A stretch of 64,000 nt of DNA from a virus. Each line of letters opens with the position of its first letter. Position 1 is the first letter of the stretch. Where the stretch lies: IMG/VR virus record IMGVR_UViG_3300034683_000333; one strand, 5' to 3'. This document shows, in pieces, positions 36,153-48,012 of this stretch. The position numbers were made by a program, and so were the translations under genes. The notes beneath the pieces were generated by a model that saw nothing but the letters and a program-made list of their open reading frames with translations, did not search any database and was not told the origin of the DNA.

Positions 36153-36227
36153 AAATACCTCCGTAAGTTAAGGCACAAGGAAGTCTCTAGAACTTCCAAG
36201 TGCCCCCAAAAGCCGAGTGTTGTTGTT

Positions 36228-36437
36228 TCAGTACCAATACTTAATCCGATCAAACCAAGTATTTTTCTGTTTGAACCTCATACCATGTTCTTTATAAAAA
36301 TTATTGAGATCTTTTTCCCGTTGTTTTTCATTTTCATCAATTCTTGACTCAAAATCTTCTTTTAATTGATTAAATCTATAATCAGCAAAAACGGTAGCAA
36401 GTAATGACCATTGAAAAAACGGGTAATAGGCAAACAT
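36228..36437 (-). CDS. Small hypothetical protein (69 aa)
   Basis: SD AAGGAG before ATG 36437, ends TGA. Confidence 0.55.
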   Translation of the reverse strand: MFAYYPFFQWSLLATVFADYRFNQLKEDFESRIDENEKQREKDLNNFYKEHGMRFKQKNTWFDRIKYWY

Positions 36438-36523
36438 AACGATCTCCTTCCCAGGCAACTAATTATATTGATTACATTAAATCTATTATATACCAAAACA
36501 CATTAGGGGTCAATAGTAAACCA

Positions 36524-39500
36524 ATGCCTAAAACAAAATACGAACAAACCGAACCCAAAATGATCGATCCAGAAATTTCTGGTGCCGCTGAAATGATTGG
36601 TCAAAGTCTTGAAATGCTTTCAACCGCTGTTTCTAAATTTGAACGTGCGGGATCGGCGGTGGATGCATTTGCCACGAAACTTCGTTCGGTGAGTGAGGGA
36701 TTTTCAAATGCCTTGTCAACACTTAATAAGTTGGCAAGTGGTGGTGGAGGTGGCGGAACACCGTCGGGAGTTGGCGTTGGTACTCGACCTTTGCCGGGTG
36801 ATCCCACATCACTATTGCAACAAATCAGTCAAATGTGGGGTCAACCTTCCCCGTTAACGGGCCGTAGAATGGGTGCTGGTTCGATTTCAAAATTATTGTC
36901 AGAACAAGCCGGGTATTCACAAATGGATGTTCAACGTCTTATTAAAGAAGCTCAACGTGGAGAATATGGAGATGTTTTTAAGAGAAAATTAAACGAATAT
37001 GTTCACCAACCCAACTTGGAACGGATGCAGACAACGAACATGGCTCCGTCTTCCAACGTGGCACGTACATGGAGCGATGTTCAATACCTAAATCGAAAAC
37101 TTTCCGATTGGGTTGAAAAACAAACCCAGCGAATTGCTTCACTTCCAGGACCGGAACAACAACGACGGTCCATGGGGCCGACACCACAGACGCAACAACC
37201 ACCGTGGTATGCACCCACTCAGCCTCAACGTATTGCTTCCACGGCCCTTGTCCCGGTATCTCAAGTCGGGAAAACACCCCCACCACCCCCACCTTCTCCC
37301 GCAACTCCTCCACCGACGGGTGGTCCAAAGCAGTTGCCTGTCCCGACCAAACCCCAGGTTATTGTTATTGAACCTAAAGATATACCACGTAGGGGTGGGT
37401 TTGGTCCAACTGCTACTGGTGCCGGTGGCGGTTATTTACCACCTCCTGGTGGCCCTGGTGGTGGAGAGGGTAGAAACTGGCGAGATTGGGAACCACCCCC
37501 TGGTGGTGGAGATGATGGTGGTGAATCTGGTGGTAGTCGTGGCGGTGGTGGAAGGATGGATGATTTTCTAATGACATTTGAGATGATGAACCCATTTGCG
37601 CCGAGGAACTTGGCGTGGTTGGGAATGTTTTCCTTTTCTGGTCAACTCTAGCCTGCAACCATGGCCCTTAGTCAACCAACCATGATGGCTGGTCAACATT
37701 ACCAAAATGTCGTGGAAGGTCTCAAGCAATTTGGATCTTCTTTTTCCGGGCTTCCAAGGTTATCTGGTTTATTTCAACAAATTATTCAAACAGATGCCTT
37801 TGATCTTTATGAATCAATGCACCAAAGTTTTACTGTTTTGAAAAATGTGTATTCAAGTTCAACACGTGCAGAAAAGATTATGGGACAATCCATTCAGTTG
37901 GCCCGTTCAACTCCCCTTGAAGTACGAGATCTTTTGGGAATCTTTTCAACATTTTCGGTTAACCCCGAACTTCGTGGGATTTTAAGTAACAGGCAACAAA
38001 TGACTCAATTAGCAACGGGTGTTGCTGGTTTATCGTTCTTAGTTCCAGAACAGGGAACGGAAGGTGCTATTTTTGCCATTCGTGAAGCTTTGGCTGGACA
38101 ATACCGATCCATTAAACGCCGTTTTAATATTTCACCCGAAATTATTGCATCATCGGCTGGTATGACGCTTGGAGAACTCAAGGAAAAACCAGTTTCATTC
38201 CTCGAAGCACTTGATATATTTTTGAAACAAAACCTTGGTCAAAATACATTTACGGAACTTCAAGATACATTTACCAAACAGGTTGGAAATATTTATGACT
38301 CATTGATGGGTGGAATTTTCCGTGGTTTCAGGGAAACGAGTATATATTCAAACGTGACGATGTTTGCCAAGGAAACTAGTAATGTTGTGGATCGTTTGTT
38401 TAAATCAGACGTATTTGGTAATTTTTTTCAAAATTTCTCTCAAAGTATTAACACCAATTTTACTCGTGCTGTTGATGTTCTAAGAACGATTGATTTTGAT
38501 CGTGATCCACCGGAACAAATTCGTGAAAAAGCCCAAAATGCTTTTCAATATGCCTTTTCGAGTATCATTAAGGACACGATTCCAGCCGTTGATGCGTTGA
38601 AGGAAGTAGTAACGCCTATTGCAAGTAAGCTAAGTGATGCCATGATTTCAAGCATGAGTCGAACGGTTGGATCAATTTTTACTGGAATGATGGGTGCCGG
38701 TGTTAAACAAACCATTCTATTGGGAACCAGTGTTGCCAGTAAATTGGTTCCTGGAGAAACGCTTTCGGGTGCAGTCGAACAGATGGGAGAATCGTTTGGT
38801 ACGTTCGCAACGGAAAATCCGTTTTTAACGATTGGTGGACTTGCCGTTGCAAGCAAGGGAATCATGGGTCGTGTAAGGGGATTTCTCACAAGACCGGATG
38901 TTGCGGATGCCGGTGGGGTGCTAAATTACCTGAGTGCTAGGGCAACCCAAAGTCGTGGAATTGGATATTTGATGAGTCAATCCTTTTTGGGTTCACGGGC
39001 GGCGATCCCAACCTTCATGGCTCCGGCAATTCTTTACCAATTTTATCGAGATTATCAAAAAATTCAAGAAGCTACCAAAGCTCAACCAGTTGATTACGAA
39101 CAACAAGCCGATATTCTCCAATATATGGCGGCCCGTCCAGGAGCACCCATTTCTGATATCATGGATCAGATCAACGCTCTTGGAACCAACTTTGAAACCG
39201 AAAAAATCCGTTTCGGTTATGGTGATATTGCCACCCACTCACTTCTTGCCGGAAGTCTCGCTTAGGGTGCTTTGGGTCGTGTGACTCCCGATTGGGCACT
39301 ACAACGCATCGGAACTCTCCCACAGAACCGCTTTGTGAATGCGTTTCGTCGTCCAACCGCCTGGGCATTGGACCGATTGGCCTCCATGTCAACCCTTCGT
39401 CGTCAATTTTTGGGAGCGGCTGGAGTTGGATCAGCCGTTGGACTTGCCGGACTTATGATGGAAGGTGATATTGATGTTTCTAAAAGATTCATGGCAGATT

Positions 39501-42037
39501 ATCGCCAAGGTGTCGGTTTGGTTCACACACTTGGTAGTGGTCTTTCCATGTTGGGATTTATGACAGGTAATCCTTACGTTGGTTTGGCTGGAGTGGCCTT
39601 ATCTGTTGGTGGTGAGTTTGCTGTATCTAAGTATTACGAACATAAAACCGACGAATATAGAAAAACAATTAACAAACGAATTGAAGAAAACCGACAAATT
39701 GTTAACAAACAATTATCTTCTTATCTTAGTATATTGGATAAACAACCAGAAGAAATTGTAAAAACACTTTCTCAAGATACTGGTGAATTATCCAATGTTC
39801 TAGGACTTATTGATGTTATGGGTACGAATTGGTCACAGAAACGAGATGAGTATTTTTCAAAACTTGTTTCTTCTGGTGATATTGGTCAAGAACGGTCTCA
39901 AAAACTAAAAGGAGTGATTGCACGGAACATAAAGCGAATTTCGTCAAATGAAAAACAATATAAGGCTTTAATGGATGCAATTGGTAAGAGTAATGTGGAA
40001 AGAGTGAAGGATATTCTTAGTTTAACTTCAGAAGATGTCGGTGGAATTAGAAATGAACAACTATTTTTATCTGCTATTATGGCAGAAGCATTAAATCTTC
40101 AACAACAGTTGCAACCAACACTGGCGACGGATCTCATGTCAACGATTACTCAGTCACTTATCGAGCGAACGAGAGGAACTGCATTTGGTAATGTTTTAAG
40201 ACGAAATTATACGGGTGAAGTGCAACGTACACGAACCATATTTTCATTGGATAGACAACAAAGAAATCTCAATCAAATTAAAGAGTCTTTAGAGGATGTT
40301 TTTACTGCTTCTATAATGACTTCGATGCCAGAAATGAAGCTTGAAAAAGCGCAAAATTTGGCTTCAAAGGAAGTATCTCGTGTTTATGATCTGGATAAAG
40401 TTTCTGGTATCATGAACACATTGCGTCAATATGCTGTATCTGAAAGAAATTTTTATGAAAGTCAGGTATTTGGTCTTGATGAATTTGCTAAGTCGGAAAT
40501 AAACCGAAATGCTGGTCCACGAACAATTTTTCAAGAAGCTGACGAACGGGTAAAGGCGCTTCGTCAATTTGATCAACAATCTATTGGAAGATTGTTCTTA
40601 AGTAGAAGTGTTGATATGTTCGGACAACAAAGCGCTTTGCCGTGGATTGGTTATCAGTTTGCACAGAAAAATCCACAGATGATGAGTCCAGAACTTTTTA
40701 GAGAATTTTCAACAAGAACAACAGATTTGTACGGACAAATTTTTGAAAAACAAGTTTCACAGTATTGGAATGTTACCGCAACAGCAAGAACTTCCATCGG
40801 AGAACTATCAGAAGGTATAAACAAGTTCAAAAATGTTGCAACAGAAAGTCAACTAAACGAAAGCATTAAAAAATACAATAATGCTAAAAATGAGTTTATT
40901 GATAGTGTTGTAAAGCTTATGGATACACGTCCCATTGAAAGTGCAATTGATAAGAATACTCGGCTGTATGATATGGCACCAGAATCCATAACATCCCAAC
41001 AACTTGATCGTGAAAAAGTTATAGAAAAGATTACTAAAGAAGCTGGTACTTGGGATGTTAATAAAATGCGTGAATATCTAATGGGTGAAATGACACGTGG
41101 ATTGGCACCCGAAGAACGTGGTACCATGCTTGAACGTATTGATAAGGAAATTTTACCAAAATATGGCGAAACTTTAAAATTTAAAAACGTTTCATCAACC
41201 GTGGAAAATCTACGTTCGTTTATGCAGTCATCGACGGAAGAAATTACTCCAATGTTGGTACAATCCATGAATGCACAGCAGGTACAAAATGTTTATGCCA
41301 CGATGCAAAATTATTTGGAACAGGTATATGGTGGAATGGGAACATCCATGAATATTATGGGTATGATGGCTGGTGGTGTCCAACAAACCCTTGGGGGTGG
41401 TGGCGGTCTATTTGGTTATGTGGGAATGGGCGAAACGTTGCTTCCTGGACAAATAACCGTCGGGGGTGTTCGGGCCACCAACCCCTTTGTTCTATCCGAA
41501 CAGCGAAAACTCGAAGAGGAGTCCCAGATTTCATAGGAAGATCTCAATAAACTTCAGGGCCAGCGATCCGTGGTTCGAGAACAATGGACACAGCAAATGA
41601 GCAAGGTCCTGAACTTCATGGTGGAAAATCCAGAACAGGTTGATCCGGCCATGCTTAAGCAGGTTGCGGAATATCAAAAGATGGGTGTATCCATGGGATT
41701 TGGGATGAGTGGAGAACAACGGGCCATGCTTGCCCAGGTGCAACTCAACATGCTCTCCAGGCAAGGAGAAGTTGTGGGATCGTTTTTTGATGAGATGCAA
41801 TCGGGTCGTATGGGGCTTGCCAAGGACATTCTTTCCCTTGCAGGTCAATCGGGTCTCGATTTGGGCGAAATCGGTGGAAAATCTCCCATTGATGATCTCG
41901 TTCGAGCAAAAGACGGAATTGTTGGAGCACTTCAAGAGCTTAAGGAATCGCTTTCCAATGCGGCAAAGGACATCGGAGAATTGTTTGAAAATCTTGGTAC
42001 CACTCCCGGTAGCCGGGTGGAGGTTCCCAGTCCATGA
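36524..42037 (+). CDS. Tape measure protein (1,837 aa), 3 in-frame TAG
   Basis: ORFs 36524, 37661, 39272 and 41570 are in one frame, separated only by TAG at 37649, 39263 and 41534. Tape-measure-like segment (ARSTPLEVRDL...GAIFAIREALAGQY) and helical Gly/Ala-rich repeats; ends TGA overlapping the next ATG. Confidence 0.82.
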
Positions 42038-42957
42038 AACGAAAAATTATTCTATTTTGTTTGATGATCGTTTTCACTTGGGGAACGGTTTATTCCATGG
42101 GTTGGGTTGGGAATAATCCAACCCAACCTATTTCTGAACAAGAAGGTTCTGATGTAAAAGATGATTCGATGGAAAAGCCGGTTATTGATTCAGTATCCAC
42201 ACCACAAAAGATTTCCATCACGAAAGAGTGGTTGCAAACGATTAAAGATACATTTTTGGAACAACACGATGAAATGTTGGAAATTTTGAGTGAAAAATAC
42301 GGTATCGAAGATTACAAGAAAGCATCGCAATATAAGTTTCGTGTATGTGGTGCAAAATTTTACAATTGTTACGTAGAAAGTCGTTATAAGTATTTTGTTT
42401 CCTATGCAAAATACATTGAGAAATAGGGAAAATTTTATTTTAATTTAGATTATGATGAATTGGCTTTCAGGCTTATTTCATCTATTGCTTGGTGTGAATC
42501 TGGATTTAAAGCAAATTTGGTAAGCCCCGATGGTGGTTATGGAGCTTTTCAGGTTACTCCATCGGCGGTTGGAGATAAAACAATTGATGTTTCCCGACTT
42601 TTGAATCCAGATTATAATACTCAACAAGGAGTCTATATTCTTTATAAATTTTGGAAATCTTCATTTGATCTACTCCCACGAAGTCTTAAAGAATATGACG
42701 AAACGATTCGGTGGTAGATCACGTTACGTGGATATAACGGTGGATATAAATGGATTAAGAGAATTCTGGATCGGTGTGTGGAAGAAAATGACTATCAAGC
42801 TTTTATCGAGACTGTAGTTTCGGGTGATTTTTTGAATACAAGTAAGTGCAACGGTAGATTTTTATGTTACGAACGTGTCAATGTATCCTACCCAATCAAA
42901 ATATATATAACAGAAGACTGGTTACTTAAATTAAATATAACGATTGGGGGGTTTTAA
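42034..42957 (+). CDS. Lytic transglycosylase (SLT) with N-terminal signal/TM segment (307 aa), 2 TAG
   Basis: Joins ORFs 42034 and 42460. SLT motifs AWCESGF, GYGAFQV, YNTQQGVYIL and RW[TAG]ITLRGYNGG; ends TAA in a TAATG overlap. Confidence 0.82.
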
Positions 42958-43469
42958 TGGAAAGAACATATAGAAGGTCCACCCGTTTTTCTACATATAC
43001 ACATTTCGAAAAAGACGAACTTGAAGATATTATTGATGAAATAAAGAAAACGGGTGTAATTCCTAAAGGAAAATATATTTCTCCGCCACAAATCGAGCCC
43101 TTTTTAAAGGACTTGTACTTTAGATTACAAGATATGTACGAAGATGTGAGAAACGGGAACGTTGATGATTCGACGAAACGATAGTTTGACATGACATTTG
43201 ACCAAATGAAAGCCGATTTCATCAATTTAAGCCAACCTATTTAGTTACCACTTATCAAAAAATTCTAGATCGGAAATTCCTTCAGAGAATTACAACACAC
43301 CGTTATAATAAAAATAATGGAAATTTTAAATAATAATACATATAATAAGGATAAGGCGGCTATTACGTCGTGGATTTACGAAAATGTATACTGGGTCCTT
43401 TTGAAAAACCTCAAGGATGAAAAAGAATATGAACAAAAAATGCTTACTTTAATTGATTTTGAGGGATAA
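42957..43469 (+). CDS. Small protein resembling sigma70 region 2 (170 aa), 3 TAG
   Basis: ORF 42957 extends through three TAGs to TAA 43469. The C-terminal YNKDKAAITSWIYENVYWVLLKNLKDE resembles sigma region 2.3-2.4 (YDP.KG..F.TWA..II). Confidence 0.45.
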
Positions 43470-43473
43470 AAAA

Positions 43474-43887
43474 ATGGCTATGCAAATCGATACAGGATTT
43501 ATTCGTGGAACCATTTCTGATGTATATGAAACAATCAAGGGATTGGGTTATGAATTTGATATTGTGGTGCAGGAAGTGGATCTCAATACGGGAACAACCA
43601 CCGATTTTACGACAAAGGGTCTTTGGGTGAGTCACGATACGGTGACGATCAACGAACACGTGTCGTTGCAGGTGCAAAATTCGCCTACAGTTTACGTGAA
43701 ATTTGAAAACCTCATGGATGGAACAAATTACATTGTACCAAAATTTAATTAGCGTATTAAACGGATAGATGTTATTGATTTTGATCTTGATAGAACAGGT
43801 GAAGAAGTCGTTTACGAATCGAAAGTATATAGTATTCAATCCATCAACCGTGTATTTAATTTATGGATTCTTAGGTTGAAACTCTAA
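43474..43887 (+). CDS. Hypothetical protein, possibly head-tail joining (137 aa), 1 TAG
   Basis: SD GAGGG, ATG 43474, reads through TAG 43750 to TAA 43887. Confidence 0.65.
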
Positions 43888-43903
43888 TTTTGGGAGTTTT
43901 TTA

Positions 43904-44380
43904 ATGGATTTAACAAGTAGCCACCTAAACAATTTTTATACGTTTGCGATGTTGGAACCCGTCTATGGGTTTGGCGAGGGGGAGAGTCGTTTGACTTCGT
44001 TGGAGTTTTCTCCCACGTAGGATCTGGGTTGTGTCATGCCGTCTTTGCTCAGTCGGGAAATGTCTCATTTGATTATTAACGATTACGTGATGGAAGAACT
44101 TACTCGCACCACAATCATCAACGATATTTTGTCGAAACATGATTCAGTCGTCGTTTGGGATGGAACGAATATTCAAACCGATGATACTGGGATAACATTT
44201 ATAACAAATAGATTAAATTTTTATGATTATCTTCTTATACTAAACATAGATAATCCACTTATTGATAAAATCAATTTACAATTATCGGAAGATCTCATTC
44301 AAGAAAAGTATTTTGCGAATTTGGTGATTGATGAGGAATTTTTCAAGGTTTTTAGAATTTATACAAAAATGAAGATATGA
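43904..44380 (+). CDS. Hypothetical protein (158 aa), 1 TAG
   Basis: SD GGGAG, ATG 43904, in frame with ORF 44036, ends TGA. Confidence 0.7.
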
Positions 44381-44398
44381 TAATATATGGGGGTTTGA

Positions 44399-46141
44399 AT
44401 GGCAAAAAAAAGAAGATTTCGTAAACAAGATAGCCATCTTATTCAACCAAATAGCGAGATAGATGATAAGTATAAAGGTAAAGATCCAGAATAGTATAAA
44501 AAAGAAATCCAGAAATGTAACAACGGATTGGATGGAGCAAAGTATTTTATCAACAATTATATATATGTACCGAATAAAATTGAACAACGTATTATCGAAT
44601 CAAAACCTAATTGGTTTAAGCATCTCATATTTGAAGGCGATCGAATCAATTTAAAACTATATGGAAAACAAGAAGAATATCTTGAACACTTGTTTTCAAA
44701 CCGTTTGGTTGCTACATATAAAAGCCGCCAAACTGGTATTAGTACAATTACATAGGCTTATATATTGTGGTATGCCACATTCAATAGTAGTAAGGAAGTT
44801 GTTATTGTGTCCAAATCAGAGACGGAGGCCATTAAATTTCTTGAAACGATTTATTATATGTATAATCATCTTCCGTTCTTTTTGCGGCGTCCCTATTCCA
44901 AGGCCGTCACCAAATCGTTTTGGTTGGGGGATCGAAACAGTGCAACGAAAATCAACGTTCTCACCTCCACCGCCAAATCCGGTCGTAGTTTTTCAGCGAC
45001 AATTCTTGTCCTTGATGAATGTGAGTTTATTGACTATGCCGATACGCTTTGGGGAGCTGCCCAGCCCACATTGTCCGCCACGGGTGGTCAGGGTATTTTG
45101 ATTTCCACACCCTGGATGTATAATTCGTGGTTTTGGGGTGTATGTAATCCCACCGATCCCGAAAATCATCCATTCGACGTTTTCAAAATTCACTGGAGCG
45201 ATATTCCCGGTCGTGATAAGGACTGGTACGAAGAACAGTGCAAGGAATTGAACTGGGATCAAATGAAAATCAAAACGGAATTGGATATGCAATGGATCAT
45301 TCCTTACACACTATATTTCAACGAAGAACACTTAAATGATAAATATATTGTTGATAAGAAAAGTGTGTATAAATACGATAAACAATAGAACTTATACATT
45401 CTTCATGAATATAACCCAAATGAAACATATTATTTTGGAATTGATACATATGAACAGGGTAATGATTTTAATGCTGGAACTATAATTGATTCAACGGGAA
45501 GAGTATATGCGTTTTTTAAAACTAAGCGAATTGATATAAGGGAATTGATTATTCATCTTTGCGAAAAATACCATGTATTGGCAAACGTAGAGCGCAATCG
45601 TGGTTTTTGGTTAATCAAGGAATTTATGGATAACGATATTGCTGAAAAGTATTTATTATATCAAGCGAAAAAGTGGAAAGGCATTGAACGCAAATATTTT
45701 GGATATGTAGTTAATGAAAATCGCCAAATGATCTTAAGTTATCTTTCATCCTGGCTGAAGGATGTAAATGTTTACAACGAAGTTGTTGATAAAAAGGAAT
45801 GGATTCTAATACCAGATGAATTGATGGAGGAAATGAAATACTTTGTAATTAAAAATCGACGCATTGAAGGTTTGAAACATGACGATGGTTTATTTTCACT
45901 TGGTGCCGCACAATTCGTGTTGAATAATCAAGATGTTTTTAAGAACATCGAAAAAGAACACGATGGAAAAACGGTTCCACCCGATGAATTTTATAAAAAC
46001 GTAAATGATCCAAAACGAAAACACCAACGAAAAATGTCCGTTGAAAATATGAAACGTCTCCTTTTGGGAAGCCGTGAGATGAGTCCATCGATGTCCGTTG
46101 AAGAGTTATTGGAGATGGAAAGGTTGCTCAATAAAAAATAA
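44399..46141 (+). CDS. terL: Terminase large subunit, T4 gp17-like (580 aa), 3 in-frame TAG
   Basis: KSRQTGIST (Walker A), GRSFSATILVLDECEF (Walker B), ILISTP and YFGIDT (RNase H). The ATPase and nuclease domains join only by reading through TAG at 44492, 44753 and 45386; ends TAA. Confidence 0.92.
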
Positions 46142-46144
46142 TAA

Positions 46145-46173
46145 AAAAACACCGGGGATCACCCGGTGTTTTT
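46145..46173. terminator. Bidirectional Rho-independent terminator
   Basis: AAAAACACCGG-loop-CCGGTGTTTTT between convergent genes. Confidence 0.85.
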
Positions 46174-46201
46174 AGTTTGATGTCTTTTGAACACCGTGTT
46201 T

Positions 46202-46669
46202 TTAACTGGATAGACTCTTAATCCAATCCATTTCTCCATCTGTATCCATATTTTTCGTTGTATCGTTTAGAAGTTTCTTCCATTTAATTAGGTATTCTTG
46301 AATCTTACAACTTGTTTCCAATAGTTTGAAAAGAATATCTTTACGATGTCCAATTAGGTTTACAATGGAATCGTTTAATTTCTTGGCCGTGTCAAAAACA
46401 GAAATGTCAATAGATTCCTCGATTTTTTCAATGTATGTTCGAATGTATTCAAGTTCATCAATCAGCATAATAAGACTATAATAAAGTAGGTTGTTTATTC
46501 TATTTGGCGAATGTTTCAGATCAATAGTTTCTGCTATATCTTGTAAAATACCATTTAATTCATCAATAGCTTCTTTAATACTGTCACGGACTGTATCTTT
46601 ATTTGGTTGTATAAGTTGTTTATTTATTTGTTCAAAATTATATGAATCTTTGTTAAATTCTAATCCCAT
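46202..46669 (-). CDS. Hypothetical helical protein (155 aa)
   Basis: SD GGAGTG before ATG 46669 (MGLEFNK), ends TAA. Confidence 0.7.
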   Translation of the reverse strand: MGLEFNKDSYNFEQINKQLIQPNKDTVRDSIKEAIDELNGILQDIAETIDLKHSPNRINNLLYYSLIMLIDELEYIRTYIEKIEESIDISVFDTAKKLNDSIVNLIGHRKDILFKLLETSCKIQEYLIKWKKLLNDTTKNMDTDGEMDWIKSLSS

Positions 46670-46692
46670 AATCTCACTCCTTAAGTTGAATT

Positions 46693-46722
46693 GGGGGAGA
46701 TGGCTTTTACACCATCTCCCCC
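46693..46722 (-). terminator. Strong hairpin after the capsid gene (terminator or processing site)
   Basis: GGGGGAGATGG...CCATCTCCCCC 11-bp stem with only a weak U tract. Confidence 0.55.
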
Positions 46723-46744
46723 CCAGATCAGTTAGGATCATTCA

Positions 46745-47896
46745 TCAGACGAAGACGACCTTACCGAGGGTGTTGGGAGTCACCACCTCGAAGGCATCGC
46801 AACGATAAATGATCCGATAGGTGTTGGCGTTCTTCTCGGTGATCGGAGGCGTGGTGCCCACGAGATAAGGAGCAAACACACCGGAGAACACTTCGTGTTC
46901 GGGATAGTTACAGGTCATGAGAACGCCGGGCATGAAGGGATCGTAGACGATCTCATAGGCCATGTTATACACACCGAGGAAAATACGACCGAGAGTGCCG
47001 GAAAATGGCGTGCCGCCGGGAACGATCTGGAGCTTTTCACGATCGAGGAGGGAGTAGGCATCGGGTCCCACAACGAGAACGTTGGGCTTCACGCCGTACT
47101 GACGGAAAATCTGAGCGGCAAGTTGTTCAATTACATCTCCAAATGTCTTCTTGTAGTATTCCAGCTTCACGGGATCGTTGCTAAAATCGGTGGGATTGAG
47201 TTCAAAATTTGCTGTGTTGACGGCGGGAACGTAGTTCCACAGTTCATTGATCACGTCGAATTCAGCCTCGTCCTTCAGCTTGCTGTAAATGGTGTTGGTG
47301 AGGCGTTCGTCAACGAAAGAATTGGCGTTTTCAAGGCCCATTACGGAGGCCAGGGCGATGATGGACTCAAGGGTCCATTCGGCATTGATTCGACGGATCT
47401 GGGTCGTTACGCTCTTGGAGCGAACGGAAGCCTTGATGCCACGGGCAACGGAGCTTTCGCCAACCATACCGTAGGTACGGGTGCGCTTTTCCCGAAGCAG
47501 GTCACCGGCAACCAGCGTGGTGTCGGAGGCACCGAGAGCGCCGGTCTCGGTGAAGGCGTCGGCATATTCCTAATCCACAAAGTAGATTACGGGATAAGGA
47601 GTTTCGGCCTTCTGCACGTTCACCACCTTGTCCACGATGGTGTTGATCCAGAACTTGGGAACCACAACGGAAAGTACATTGCTGAACACATCGATGTCGG
47701 ATGCGCTCATGCCACTTTCCATCGTCTTCTTCATGGTGATGAGCTTTTCGGAGTTTTCAAGCACGGACTTCACAACGGAGCGCTTGCTATAAGTGAGTGA
47801 ACTCCCGAGATTGTCCAGAATGGCATCAATACGATTGCGCTTTTCTTCTGGAATGGTGATGCGATTTAGAACTTCTAGGTTAGTCTGTAGCTTCAT
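46745..47896 (-). CDS. Major capsid protein, T4 gp23-like (383 aa), 1 in-frame TAG
   Basis: ORFs 47570..47896 and 46745..47467 are in one frame joined by TAG 47570 (YFVD[TAG]EYA). gp23-like order: VVNVQ...PVIYF, then SKSVTTQIRRINAEWTLE...DER...EINELW, then NVLVVGP...GIFAPY. C-rich third positions suggest high expression; ends TGA. Confidence 0.88.
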
Positions 47897-48012
47897 TTTT
47901 GTTTTTCCCCCTATGGTTTTTATTTAAGTTTTTCTGCTTTTTTTTTTTAATTTATTTTGACTATCCAATAAAATCAATTTATACGATTACTTAATTAGTT
48001 ACACGTTATAGA

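Noticed and set aside
44399-46141. Intron or intein splitting the terminase
   Set aside because: The pieces are contiguous and in frame, separated only by single TAG codons, with no inserted sequence.
46895-47800. 301-aa + strand ORF
   Set aside because: Antisense shadow of the major capsid gene, produced by its biased codon usage.
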